64,000 bases of DNA from sequence record SRR22947727_4895. One strand, given 5' to 3'. Each line of letters opens with the position of its first letter. Position 1 is the first letter of the stretch. Position numbers and translations under genes: made by a program. The notes beneath the pieces were generated by a model. It was not told the DNA's origin and made no database searches. It saw nothing but the letters and a program-made list of their open reading frames with translations. Below, piece after piece: positions 29,603 to 39,470 of this stretch.

Positions 29603-30511
29603 ATGCAGACCACTCCCATTACTCGTGACGATTTGGCAAAATCGGTAATATCGGTTCCTCCGATGGCCCGCAATTCAGATTTAAAATTCTGTCCGGCGGA
29701 GAATAAGAAGATCATTCGTCACATCGAAAACGGTGGAGTGACCACTCTGCTTTATGGCGGAAATGCGAATTTCTATCACATCGCGTTGAGCGAATACGAA
29801 GAAATTCTCGGTGGTTTGGCCGAGCTGGCAGGACCGGATTCGCTGATTATTCCGGCAGTCGGACCTGCTTACGGAACAATGATGGATCAGGCCGCGATCT
29901 TTGCGCAATTCGATTACCCAACGGTGATGGCGCTGCCGCAGCAGGCGTTGACGACTCCAGATGGCATTGAAATCGGGCTTCGGCATTTGGCTGAAAAAGT
30001 TGGAAAACCGATCGTGGTTTACATTAAGCACGATGGATTTATCGAAGTGGAAAACGTGAAGCGTCTTGTCGATGACGGGCTCGTTTCGTGGATTAAATAC
30101 GCCACGGTTCGGGATGATCCATCTGAAGATGCTTATCTCAGTGCCTTGGTCGATGCAGTCGATCCCAATATGATCATCAGTGGTATCGGCGAGCAACCGG
30201 CCATCATTCACATGCGAGATTTCGGTGTGGTCGGCTTCACTGCCGGCTGCGTTTGTGTGCGTCCCGACCTGAGCCAGAAAATGCTGGTCGCGATTCAGGC
30301 TGGCAATTTTGATCGTGCGGAAGAGATTCGTAAGATCTTTCTTCCCCTCGAAGATTTGCGGAATGAGATCAATCCGGTTCGTGTTTTGCACGATGCCGTC
30401 GAACTCGCCGGAATCGGTAAAACCGGTCCCGCATTGCCCTTGCTGACTCGACTGGATGCCGATCAGCAAGTGCTGGTTAAAGCAGCTGCGGTTGCGCTGC
30501 TCAATGTGTAA
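29603..30511 (+). CDS. Dihydrodipicolinate synthase (DapA/NAL) family aldolase or dehydratase
   Basis: GV..LLYGGNA, vvYIK and WIKYA (Schiff-base Lys), GFTAG. Start reassigned to ATG 29603. Confidence 0.8.
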   Translation: MQTTPITRDDLAKSVISVPPMARNSDLKFCPAENKKIIRHIENGGVTTLLYGGNANFYHIALSEYEEILGGLAELAGPDSLIIPAVGPAYGTMMDQAAIFAQFDYPTVMALPQQALTTPDGIEIGLRHLAEKVGKPIVVYIKHDGFIEVENVKRLVDDGLVSWIKYATVRDDPSEDAYLSALVDAVDPNMIISGIGEQPAIIHMRDFGVVGFTAGCVCVRPDLSQKMLVAIQAGNFDRAEEIRKIFLPLEDLRNEINPVRVLHDAVELAGIGKTGPALPLLTRLDADQQVLVKAAAVALLNV

Positions 30512-30521
30512 AGCGACTTTA

Positions 30522-31556
30522 TTACTCAACTACCCGGAGCGCGGGCGCTGCTGGTCGAGTCTGTGATTTTGCGGGCTTCGAATTCGGAGTGTCGATTCCT
30601 TTGAGCGGTTTGAATAAATCGCTGCCGGTCGATAAAATTACGGTCGTGTCGCTGGAAAGCATTTCAGGATACAGTTCCATCATTTTGATGAATTCGTAAA
30701 ACTCGACGGCCTCAGGGCTTTGATTGTAGGCATTCGCATAAATCTCAGTCGCCTTCGCATCCGCAGCACCTTCGATTTCCTGAACTTCTTTGTAGGCAGT
30801 TGAGGTAATTGAAAGCAGCTCTTTCTCCATGTTTCCGAGAATTTTTGCAGCCTCTCCTTCACCTTCTGAGCGAAATCGCTCAGCGATCTGCTGACGCTCA
30901 GAAATCATCCGTTCGAAAATGCGCTCTTGAACGGACGCATTGTAGTGAATTCGCTTAAAGCGCACGTCGAGTAACTCGATCCCGAACTCGCGAAGTTTCT
31001 GGCGACTTTTCTCGAGAATTTCAGATTCCAAAACCGTCCGGCCGCTTCGAATTGGAAGCAGTTTTCCGATGGTTCCTGATTGGTCCGCTTCAGCCAGCTC
31101 TTCAGCTTGCTCAGGTTTACGATCTTTGGTTGTCCGAATCGCTTCAATCAGTTCATGCTTCGCAATTGTATTTCGGGTCTCACTGCCGAGGATGTCATCA
31201 AGCCGGGACTGAGCGCTTCTTTCATCACGGAGACGATTGAAATACTTGAGTGAATCAACAATTTGCCAGCGCGCAAACGTATCGACCGCGATGTAGGTTT
31301 TGTCTTTCGTCGGCATTTCCACGGCGCGACCGTCCCACTCCAGGACTCGCTTTTCAAAACGGTTCACCACTTGGATGAACGGTGTTTTGAACTTGAGACC
31401 TGCTTCAGTGACGGGCTCGCCAACCGGCTTACCGAACTGAGTAATGATAACCTGCTCCTTCTCGTTAACCGTGTAAATCGAGTTCCACCCAACAAATGCG
31501 AGCGCTATAACGATGACGCCAACGACGCATCCTGATGCTTGTTTAACTTTGCTCAT
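30522..31556 (-). CDS. hflC: FtsH protease modulator HflC
   Basis: TM plus SPFH domain; GL.FK.PFI, GI...DVR.KRI, RM.SER..IA..RSEG and FY.F motifs. Confidence 0.93.
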   Translation of the reverse strand: MSKVKQASGCVVGVIVIALAFVGWNSIYTVNEKEQVIITQFGKPVGEPVTEAGLKFKTPFIQVVNRFEKRVLEWDGRAVEMPTKDKTYIAVDTFARWQIVDSLKYFNRLRDERSAQSRLDDILGSETRNTIAKHELIEAIRTTKDRKPEQAEELAEADQSGTIGKLLPIRSGRTVLESEILEKSRQKLREFGIELLDVRFKRIHYNASVQERIFERMISERQQIAERFRSEGEGEAAKILGNMEKELLSITSTAYKEVQEIEGAADAKATEIYANAYNQSPEAVEFYEFIKMMELYPEMLSSDTTVILSTGSDLFKPLKGIDTPNSKPAKSQTRPAAPALRVVE

Positions 31557-32554
31557 TATTTGGAAAGTGTTGGAGTTGCGTTTTCGTTGAGATTCAGAAG
31601 TGGCAGAATGCCGGTGGCTCCTTCATCAATGATAATTTTCTTACCCAGCTGAGGCATGACTTTCTGCATCGTTTCGAGATACAAGCGTCGTTTGGTAACT
31701 TCGGGGGCCTTCTGGTATTCGGTAAAAAGGGCGTTGAATTTTGCAGCATCACCTTCCGCTTCATTCACGCGTTGCAGGGCGTAACCTTCCGCCTCACTGA
31801 TTTTCTGTTCCGCTTCACCACTCGCTTTCGGAACCACTTTGTTTGCCTCACCTAGCGAGACGTTGATTGTTTTTTCCCGATCCTGCTGGGCCTGGTTCAC
31901 TTCGTTAAAGGAAGACTGAACTTTCTGTGGTGGGTTCACATTTTTGAGCTGCACCTGATCGATGCTGATTCCCATTTCGAATTTTTTAGCCAAGTCCGAT
32001 AGCTTTTGTTTCGCCTCGCTTTCGATATCCTGACGACCAAAAGTGATGACCTCATCAACCGTGCGGTCTCCGACGACTTCGCGCATGACTGACTCCGACG
32101 CATCTCGCAGCGTGTCGTCCGCGTTCCGAACGTTGAAGAGATACTGCGAAGGATTTTCGATTCGATACTGAATGACCCACTCAACAAGAGCGGCATTTAA
32201 ATCGCCGGTCACCATTGATTTTTCCTCCTCCTGCTCGGTCCGCGAGCTCATTTGCGAGTAGTTTGAACCACCCGTGGTCCCGAAGCCGAATTCCTGCTTC
32301 ATTTGGCGTTTCACGGCGACTTTTTCGACCGTATCGATCCAGAACGGAGCCCTGAAATGCAGACCGTTGTCAACCGTTTTGATCTCTTTGCCAAAACGCA
32401 GAACCACGCCCTGTTCGTCCTGTTGAATGGTGTAAAACGAGGTCAGCACTGCTCCGATGAGCACAATTGCCCCGAGAATCACGGCGACCCCAACTCCGCC
32501 AAAATCAGGCGTCGGGATTTCATGGACGTCCTTTCCAATTTGAATTCGAATCAT
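31556..32554 (-). CDS. hflK: FtsH protease modulator HflK
   Basis: EQGVVLRFG, MVTGDLN, ES.MREVVG, PP..V...F.EV..A.QD and RLYLETM motifs. Confidence 0.93.
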   Translation of the reverse strand: MIRIQIGKDVHEIPTPDFGGVGVAVILGAIVLIGAVLTSFYTIQQDEQGVVLRFGKEIKTVDNGLHFRAPFWIDTVEKVAVKRQMKQEFGFGTTGGSNYSQMSSRTEQEEEKSMVTGDLNAALVEWVIQYRIENPSQYLFNVRNADDTLRDASESVMREVVGDRTVDEVITFGRQDIESEAKQKLSDLAKKFEMGISIDQVQLKNVNPPQKVQSSFNEVNQAQQDREKTINVSLGEANKVVPKASGEAEQKISEAEGYALQRVNEAEGDAAKFNALFTEYQKAPEVTKRRLYLETMQKVMPQLGKKIIIDEGATGILPLLNLNENATPTLSK

Positions 32555-32557
32555 GCG

Positions 32558-32632
32558 CCGACCATAGTCGGAATCGGGCGCGATGCAAAATTACAAACGG
32601 AGTTTCGCTTTGTAACGTCCGACTGTTGTCGG
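32558..32632. promoter_or_regulatory. Two CCGAC-N4-GTCGG palindromes flanking a TTACAAA/TTTGTAA inverted repeat in a divergent intergenic region
   Basis: ccgaccatagtcgg 32558-32571; ccgactgttgtcgg 32619-32632; ttacaaa 32591 and tttgtaa 32609. Confidence 0.45.
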
Positions 32633-32727
32633 CGTTCATTTTTTGCAGAGTCCAGTATCTTGCTTTAAGCGATGGTCGTGATTAAAGAAACTCAGTAACC
32701 GAAAACCCCACAATCGAAAAGGATCTC

Positions 32728-34323
32728 ATGAAAATCACCGGTCACACTCTCATCGCCAATCAACCTTCATCGGAATCGAGCGAATTTTTCTCGGCCAAAA
32801 ACCCTGCGACCGGCGAAACGCTTTCGCCGGAATTTTGCGAATCGACATCAGCTGAAATTGATCGCGCGGCCACGGCTGCAGCGGGCGTTTTCGATGCCTT
32901 TCGAAAATCCACACCGGAAGAGCGGGCTGTATTTCTCGAAACGATTGCGGATGAAACCATGGCGCTCGGCGATGAATTCCTCGAGCGGACTCAGGCGGAA
33001 ACAGGGCATCCTCGTCCGCGCTGCGAGATGGAACGGGGGAGGGCGGTTGCTCAGGCCCGCTTATTTGCTGAGTTTCTCCGCGAAGGATCGTGGGTCGATG
33101 CCCGAATCAATTCAGCTCAGCCAGATCGCCAGCCGATGCCCGCGCCGGATGTTCGGAGTATGATGTTGCCGGTCGGGCCGATTGCCGTTTTTGGCGCGAG
33201 TAATTTTCCGATCGCAATTTCAGTTCTAGGCTCCGACACGATTTCTGCCTTTGCCGCCGGTTGTCCTGTCATCGTGAAAGCGCATCCCGCTCATCCTGGT
33301 ACGTGTGAATTCGCTGCTCGGGCGATTTATTCTGCGATCGAAAAATGCGGACTTCCTCAAGAAATTTTCTCAATGGTCCATGGCCTCGGGCATGAAGTCG
33401 GCACGAATTTAGTTTCGCATCCAGAAATCAAAGCGGCGGCATTTACTGGATCGCTTGGGGGCGGGCGAGCGCTCTTTGATGTCGCCAATGCGCGGCCCCA
33501 GCCGATTCCGTTTTATGCTGAAATGGGCAGCGTAAATCCAATTTTCATTCTTCCGGAAGCGCTCGCTGAACGTGGTGATTCCATCGCGCAAGGCTACGTC
33601 GCTTCACTGACAACCGGCGTCGGGCAGTTTTGCACGAACCCCGGTTTGGTTTTCGGAATGGAATCTGATGCGCTTTCTGATTTCACAAAAACAGCCGCCA
33701 GCGCAGCCGCAGAATGGCAACCCGCCACGATGTTGCATGCGGGGATTCATCATGCTTTCGAAGCTGGGGTCGAAAAAATGGAGTCGATGTCGGAACTTAA
33801 ATTGGTCGGCCAATCTTCTGTGAAAACCGATCCTGATAAATCCGAAGCCGCGTGCCATGTTTTCGAAACCAATGCCGACGGACTTCGTGCTCATCCTGAG
33901 CTTTATGACGAAGTCTTCGGCCCTGTTTCCACCGTCGTGAATTGTCAATCAACCGCTGATCTGGAGCACTTTGCCAATCAGCTTGATGGATCGCTCACCG
34001 CCAGCATTCACGGCACCGAAGCGGATCTCGCAGCGCATCGCGATCTCATTACCATTCTCGAAAAGAAAATCGGCCGTCTCATTTTCAATGGCTATCCCGT
34101 TGGGCTTGAAGTGAACGATTCGATTCACCACGGCGGTCCGTATCCGGCAACCTGCCACAGCCATTTCACCAGTATCGGGACCCGTTGTATCAATCGCTTC
34201 ATTCGCCCCGTGTGTTATCAAAATTGGCCCGATCCGCAATTGCCCGACGAATTGAAAAATGCGAACCCGCTCGGGATTTGGCGCTTGGTTGATGGCGAAT
34301 GGACGCAAGCTGAGAAGTCGTAA
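32728..34323 (+). CDS. NADP-dependent aldehyde dehydrogenase, alpha-ketoglutarate semialdehyde dehydrogenase type
   Basis: FGASNFP, KAHPAHP, FTGS..GG, AEMGSVNP, GQFCTNPG, EVFGP and HGGPYPAT motifs. Confidence 0.9.
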   Translation: MKITGHTLIANQPSSESSEFFSAKNPATGETLSPEFCESTSAEIDRAATAAAGVFDAFRKSTPEERAVFLETIADETMALGDEFLERTQAETGHPRPRCEMERGRAVAQARLFAEFLREGSWVDARINSAQPDRQPMPAPDVRSMMLPVGPIAVFGASNFPIAISVLGSDTISAFAAGCPVIVKAHPAHPGTCEFAARAIYSAIEKCGLPQEIFSMVHGLGHEVGTNLVSHPEIKAAAFTGSLGGGRALFDVANARPQPIPFYAEMGSVNPIFILPEALAERGDSIAQGYVASLTTGVGQFCTNPGLVFGMESDALSDFTKTAASAAAEWQPATMLHAGIHHAFEAGVEKMESMSELKLVGQSSVKTDPDKSEAACHVFETNADGLRAHPELYDEVFGPVSTVVNCQSTADLEHFANQLDGSLTASIHGTEADLAAHRDLITILEKKIGRLIFNGYPVGLEVNDSIHHGGPYPATCHSHFTSIGTRCINRFIRPVCYQNWPDPQLPDELKNANPLGIWRLVDGEWTQAEKS

Positions 34324-34333
34324 ATCCTTTTTC

Positions 34334-34432
34334 ACGAACCAACAGTATCCGTTCATCGAACGTATACTATTGGTTCGAAAAGCCATTTCGAACAGACCCT
34401 ATTGATTCGTCGAATATACCCTGTTCGTTCGT
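34334..34432. repeat. Double 45-bp repeat: palindromic copy (34334-34378) plus tandem-form copy (34388-34432)
   Basis: acgaaccaacagtatccgttc-atc-gaacgtatactattggttcga; tcgaacagaccctattgattcg/tcgaatataccctgttcgttcg. Confidence 0.9.
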
Positions 34433-34488
34433 AAAACCGTGTTTTGCAGGTTGTAAAAAATTCGGCATCCTGCTTCAATCCTCGCACT

Positions 34489-35325
34489 ATGGATCGTCGA
34501 CATTTTATCACTGCAGCTGCGGCTGTTGCCGCCTCTCCGATTGCTTCTGTCTCAATGGCGGGTGAGTTTTCGGGAATTATCAAAAAGGGAACAAAGTTTT
34601 CGATGGTGAAGGAACCTGACCTTTCGATTTTGGATCAGTTCAAAATGCTGAAAGAGGTCGGTTTTGATGGAACGGAGCTGCGAACGACGGATAACGTGAA
34701 GGCGAAGGAGTTTGCGGAGGCGATCGAAAAATCGGGGCTTCCGGTTCACGGAGTCGTGAATTCGAACAACCCGGATTTAAAAGCGGCCGTGGAATTTTCC
34801 AAACAAATGGGCGGAACAAGCGTGCTGTACGTTGCGAAATACGACAAGAAAAGGCCGCTGATGGAAAGTTGGAAGGAGACCCAGGAAGTGATTCGCAAAG
34901 GGCTTCCGCACGCCGAAAAACACGAGGTTAAAATTCTCGTCGAGAACGTTTGGGCTGGTTTTTTGATCTCGGCGCTCGATACCGAACGTTTTGTTGATGA
35001 GATCGATAACCCGTGGTTTGGATCGTATTTTGATGTCGGAAACAATGTCCGCTGGGGAGTTCCCGAGCATTGGATTGAAATTCTCGGGCCTCGAATTGGC
35101 AAGCTGGACATCAAAGAATGGGATGAGCGGAAGCATTCCAAAGAGGGCTTGCGTGCAGGGTTCGGATCCGAACTCGGCGAAGGGACAATCGATTGGGCGG
35201 CAGTTCGCACAGCTTTGAAAAAGATCGAGTTTAAAGGCTGGGCAACGGCCGAAGTCCGTGGCGGCGATCGTGCGCGGATGACGGACATTTCAAAGCGAAT
35301 GGATAACGTCCTTGGACTCGCTTGA
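34489..35325 (+). CDS. Tat-exported sugar phosphate isomerase/epimerase (xylose isomerase-like TIM barrel)
   Basis: MDRRHF signal; GFDGTE, VENVW, FDVGN, DIKE and G.IDW...TAE metal ligands. Confidence 0.88.
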   Translation: MDRRHFITAAAAVAASPIASVSMAGEFSGIIKKGTKFSMVKEPDLSILDQFKMLKEVGFDGTELRTTDNVKAKEFAEAIEKSGLPVHGVVNSNNPDLKAAVEFSKQMGGTSVLYVAKYDKKRPLMESWKETQEVIRKGLPHAEKHEVKILVENVWAGFLISALDTERFVDEIDNPWFGSYFDVGNNVRWGVPEHWIEILGPRIGKLDIKEWDERKHSKEGLRAGFGSELGEGTIDWAAVRTALKKIEFKGWATAEVRGGDRARMTDISKRMDNVLGLA

Positions 35326-35329
35326 TTTT

Positions 35330-36175
35330 ATGGACTCCAACGAAGAGCCCCTTCGGCCAGTGGAATCTGGCGATGAGTGCGAAATTCGCTACGACGCATC
35401 CGTGCCGAATGATCCGCGTCCTCTCACGAGGCGATGGGGCTTTTGTGCCACTTTGGGATTCGGATTTGTCATCGCCTTTGTTGCCGTGGCGGTGCAAACG
35501 ATTGCGTCACTCCCTTTTATTATCGCCCGCTATTTCAAAGACCCCGAGGTTTTTCAGGAGAGTTTGAAGGAAATTGAGTTCGACGGGATGTTGATGGGTG
35601 TTTCCTCACTTGTCACTATTCCGGCAGTGATTGGGACATGTTGGTTCCTTGCGTCGCTGCGAAAAAAACGCGGAATTACCTCTAAAGAATATTTGGGATT
35701 GAACCCGATGGGATGGAAATCCTGGGTTTTTTGGCCAATCGTTACTCTGGCGTTTATGCACGGAATCGGTTGGATTTTGGTGAAATGCGGGGCCCCGGAA
35801 GTAAATCCGTGGATGAAGGAAATGTCGGAAAAGGTCACTCACTTTTGGTGGTTGGCCGCAGCGGTGGTGATAGGTGCGCCGCTGATTGAAGAGTTTATCT
35901 TTCGGGGATTTCTCTTCGCCGGATTTCGCGAATCACTGAATCGCTATGATTCCAGAGTGAGTCTGGTCGTGACTATTTTGCTTACGAACACCGTCTGGAC
36001 GTTGATTCACGGCCAATATGATATTTACGGCCTCGTCGCCGTATTTTCACTCGGCATTTTGCTGAGTGTGTCCTTAGTGATTTCCAAGTCGCTGTGGGCG
36101 CCGATATGGATTCACTTCATCAACAACGCGTTCGCCTGTTTCGAAATGTGGAAAATGGCGAACGGAGTTGAATAG
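35330..36175 (+). CDS. CPBP (CAAX protease/Abi) family intramembrane protease
   Basis: APLIEEFIFRG, W.LIH and SLW.PI.IH..NN motifs. Confidence 0.9.
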   Translation: MDSNEEPLRPVESGDECEIRYDASVPNDPRPLTRRWGFCATLGFGFVIAFVAVAVQTIASLPFIIARYFKDPEVFQESLKEIEFDGMLMGVSSLVTIPAVIGTCWFLASLRKKRGITSKEYLGLNPMGWKSWVFWPIVTLAFMHGIGWILVKCGAPEVNPWMKEMSEKVTHFWWLAAAVVIGAPLIEEFIFRGFLFAGFRESLNRYDSRVSLVVTILLTNTVWTLIHGQYDIYGLVAVFSLGILLSVSLVISKSLWAPIWIHFINNAFACFEMWKMANGVE

Positions 36176-36192
36176 ATTGTTTCGATCAAAAT

Positions 36193-36220
36193 AAAAAAAC
36201 GGAAGCTTTGGCATCTTCCG
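36193..36220 (-). terminator. Possible intrinsic terminator between convergent genes
   Basis: A7 run followed by cggaag-N9-cttccg; overlaps an alternative 10-bp stem (36216-36247). Confidence 0.45.
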
Positions 36221-36323
36221 CTACAGCCAATCTTGCTTGTAGCGGAACTTGCAAAAAGTTACGTTTATCTAACGCCGGGGTTTGTGCAATGCTCCGGCCA
36301 GTTATTTAGAAATCTTCAGAAGT

Positions 36324-37598
36324 TTACTTCTTCGCGAGATCGAAGCAGCCGCCCTCAGTGGTGCTTCGAGCGTAAATTTTTCCATCGGTAAGCGATGGCG
36401 TGCTCCAGCATTTTCCTGAAAGAACGTCTGCGCGAGCCAATTCCTTGTAGCTGTCTGGATTCGCGTCCACGAGGACGATTTCGCCTTTATCGCTAAGAAT
36501 TACGAGCTCTCCGTCGGCTGACAGAATTACATTTCCAGGGCCAAACCCAGCTTCTTTCCACTTCATCTTGCCGGTGCGAATATCGACACAAGCGAGTGGG
36601 CCTTTGCCATATTCCTTGAAACTGAACATGCCGTAGAGGAAGCCATCTTTCACGACTGGAGTGCTCCAGTGATTGATGTTGTCGTTTTCGGTCCGCCAAA
36701 TTTCAGTAGCTTTCAAACCAGAACCGTCTTTCTCGACTTTGACCGCGCCTGCGCCCACGCCATAGCCGGCTGAGCAGTAAACGATGTCTTCGAAAATCAC
36801 AGGCGATGCTGCAGTCGATACTTTGAAGGGAAATTCGTAGCGCCAGAGTACGTCACCCGCGTCCGGAGTCACTGCAACGAGGCCTTCCTGAGTGAAAAAG
36901 ATCACCTGCTTAACGCCCTGAACTTCACCGATGATTGGTGTCGCGTGGGTAATCGCATCGTCTTCAGCTTTCCAGATAACGGAGCCCTCTTTTTTGTTGA
37001 AGCAAATCAGCGACTGACCTTTTCCGCCGGCAGCGACATAAAGGTGATCACCATCGATCAGCGGCGAAGCGGCGTTCTGCCACTTGATGTTTTTCGCGCC
37101 GAATTTTTTGTTGAGATCGATCTGCCACGCAGGCTCGCCATCTTCCATGCTCAGCGCGTAAAGTCTCAGGTTGGCATCCAAAACGTAAGCGTGATCACCG
37201 TCGATTACCGGAGTCGAACGCGGGCCGTCGCCGCCGTCATTGCCTTTTTCACCTGATTTTCCACCGCCGCCCCATTTGTTGGCAATCCACAACGGAGCTG
37301 CCCAGATTTCTTTTCCAGTATTGGCGTCAAGCGCGATGCAGACTTCCATGTCATTTCCATCGACGTCGCGAGTTACCAAAGTGAGCGCTTTATTGCCAGC
37401 AACAGTGAACGAGCTGAAACCGTGTTCGACTTCGGTTTTCCAAACTGCCGCTGGGCCGTCGGAAGGAAATGTGGTTGTCGGTAATTTCTCGGTGGAAACG
37501 CCGTCGCCGGATGGTCCGCGATAAGCCGGCCAGCTGTCAGCGAGGAGCGAAGACCCCGCGAGAAGTCCGAGGGCAAAAAAAGTATTTTTCAGGTGCAT
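36324..37598 (-). CDS. PQQ-like (BamB-type) beta-propeller protein
   Basis: Signal peptide; WPAYRGP, GPRSTP, AASP and CWSTP motifs. Confidence 0.88.
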   Translation of the reverse strand: MHLKNTFFALGLLAGSSLLADSWPAYRGPSGDGVSTEKLPTTTFPSDGPAAVWKTEVEHGFSSFTVAGNKALTLVTRDVDGNDMEVCIALDANTGKEIWAAPLWIANKWGGGGKSGEKGNDGGDGPRSTPVIDGDHAYVLDANLRLYALSMEDGEPAWQIDLNKKFGAKNIKWQNAASPLIDGDHLYVAAGGKGQSLICFNKKEGSVIWKAEDDAITHATPIIGEVQGVKQVIFFTQEGLVAVTPDAGDVLWRYEFPFKVSTAASPVIFEDIVYCSAGYGVGAGAVKVEKDGSGLKATEIWRTENDNINHWSTPVVKDGFLYGMFSFKEYGKGPLACVDIRTGKMKWKEAGFGPGNVILSADGELVILSDKGEIVLVDANPDSYKELARADVLSGKCWSTPSLTDGKIYARSTTEGGCFDLAKK

Positions 37599-37746
37599 GA
37601 GATTTTCGATTCAGGATACAATGAGGCTGAAATTTAGAACCTTGCTGGATAGCGTCAAGATCGGAATAGCCGGTGGAAAGGACATATTCAGGTCTTCCAA
37701 CTTCTCGTTTCGTTTACCCAAAATGGCATCCAAACTCACCAGCCCT

Positions 37747-38130
37747 ATGTCGAAGTCACCAGCGTATGAGCTGTGGACGATGAGTTTGCTGGCAATGCTG
37801 ATGCCGTCGGTCATTGGCTTGATGCTCGGCGATTCGTCAGAATTTGATTTCCCAGCTCAGCGACTGATTTATTTTTGCGGCTTTTATATTCTCCAGATTG
37901 AGGAGACGGGCCTTTTCGACAATCTCCACCAAGTGCTCGGGTATACGTTATCCGAGATTGTCTCCATTGTCATTGCGCTGGGGATTATCGCGATGTGGTT
38001 CATGATTCTCGCACTTCCTGCATTTAATCGATTCTCACTTAAAAAGCGTTATCGCCTCCATTTTTTGCAAGTCTTCTACTCAACGATTCAAGTTGTCGGA
38101 GGTGCTATTTTTGCGCAAAAGAACTTCTAG
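37747..38130 (+). CDS. Hypothetical membrane protein
   Basis: Several hydrophobic segments; start uncertain (37723 or 37747). Confidence 0.55.
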   Translation: MSKSPAYELWTMSLLAMLMPSVIGLMLGDSSEFDFPAQRLIYFCGFYILQIEETGLFDNLHQVLGYTLSEIVSIVIALGIIAMWFMILALPAFNRFSLKKRYRLHFLQVFYSTIQVVGGAIFAQKNF

Positions 38131-39470
38131 TTTTCGTTCTGTAAAAACTTCTCAAAAACCGCGCCAGTCGTCACAGCCATCGCCTGTCGGTCCGCATTTT
38201 TGAAAGCCCATTTCCGCCCTGAATTTGCAAATCCTGAGGCCTTTTCTTTGTCGGCGAGCAACGTCGCAAGCGAATCGGCTAATGCTGACACGTCTCCGGT
38301 TGGAAAAATTAATCCACCACCGCTCGCGGCCAACATTTCTGGAAAAGTCCCGCGATCTGGCGCGACGATTGGGATTCCCGACGCCATTGCTTCGATCGCG
38401 TAAATTCCTTTTGGCTCGACAAATCTTGCCGGGACAGAAAAAACGTCGATCGATTCGAAGAAATCGAGTTTCCCGTCGAGTTCGGGCGAACCAATATGCT
38501 CAAAGTGATCGGATAAACGAGCTTCCTCGATTCGAGCGATTTGAGTTTCAAAAAATGCGCGATCTTTTTCACCGAGATAGCCGCCGACTTTCAGTCTGGT
38601 GTTTTCAAAACCCGCTCGTTTCGCCAGATCTAGAAACGCGCTGATCATTAAATCGAATCCCTTTTCGGGGCAAATTCGGGCGAAATAGCCAATCGTATTT
38701 CCGTCGGTTTTCCGTTCGGATTCCACGTTGTGAAAATCGTGCAAATCCGCACCCAGCGCGGTGAGGTGAAATTTCTCCAACGGAATTTCGAACATCGGAG
38801 CAACGCGGTCGCGATAGAATTCGCTGAAGGTGATGAAACCGTCCGCCAACGCAGCGAGGCCTTTCATTTCGTGGAGAACTTTTTCCAGCCACGGTTCGAT
38901 CAACTCATCGAGAAATACATCGTCTCCCTGCAACGTGACCAGTATTGGAACATCTGGTAGTTCTTCTTTCAGAGTCGGTATGCAGCCGCCTACGAGCAAA
39001 TTCGTCAAACAAATTAGATCCGGTTTGGCTTCGTCGCGCAGCCATTCGACGAGACGTATCACTTCCTTTTTCTGATGACCATGCGTCCCCTGAACCATTG
39101 AAAGCGTGAGTGAACCGAGGTCTTTGGCATTCACGCTCATCCCGCGTGACGCGACACGTTTCACCAGCTTGGGTTTATCGAGCCAACGATCCAAAAAACG
39201 GGGCAGATGACGGAACAGAGGAATCTTTTGCTGAAGGAAAACATTGATTCCACCAAAGAAAATTTGATCGACCGAGACATCCGGTTCGTCCGTGCGGATG
39301 GGCGTGTAGAGCGGTAGAAGTGTCACATCATAGCCGCCGGTTTGCTTCAACTGCGTGACCAACGCGTTGTCTCGCATGCAACTTCCACAAAACATTCCCG
39401 CCGCTCCCGCGGTGATGTAGACGATTTTTTTTGGACTGTCAGCTGTGCTTTCGATGCTGAACATTCGCAT
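38127..39470 (-). CDS. Glycosyltransferase family 4 (GT-B)
   Basis: GYFARI.PEKG and EPKG...EAMASG.P motifs; N-terminal GM.CGSC.RDN. Confidence 0.88.
   Translation of the reverse strand: MRMFSIESTADSPKKIVYITAGAAGMFCGSCMRDNALVTQLKQTGGYDVTLLPLYTPIRTDEPDVSVDQIFFGGINVFLQQKIPLFRHLPRFLDRWLDKPKLVKRVASRGMSVNAKDLGSLTLSMVQGTHGHQKKEVIRLVEWLRDEAKPDLICLTNLLVGGCIPTLKEELPDVPILVTLQGDDVFLDELIEPWLEKVLHEMKGLAALADGFITFSEFYRDRVAPMFEIPLEKFHLTALGADLHDFHNVESERKTDGNTIGYFARICPEKGFDLMISAFLDLAKRAGFENTRLKVGGYLGEKDRAFFETQIARIEEARLSDHFEHIGSPELDGKLDFFESIDVFSVPARFVEPKGIYAIEAMASGIPIVAPDRGTFPEMLAASGGGLIFPTGDVSALADSLATLLADKEKASGFANSGRKWAFKNADRQAMAVTTGAVFEKFLQNEN

Noticed and set aside
29681-30529. 282-aa antisense ORF
   Set aside because: Shadow of the DapA-family gene.
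32401-32420. ccctgttcg match to the repeat inside hflK
   Set aside because: Short match explained by the conserved DEQGVV codons; no second module.
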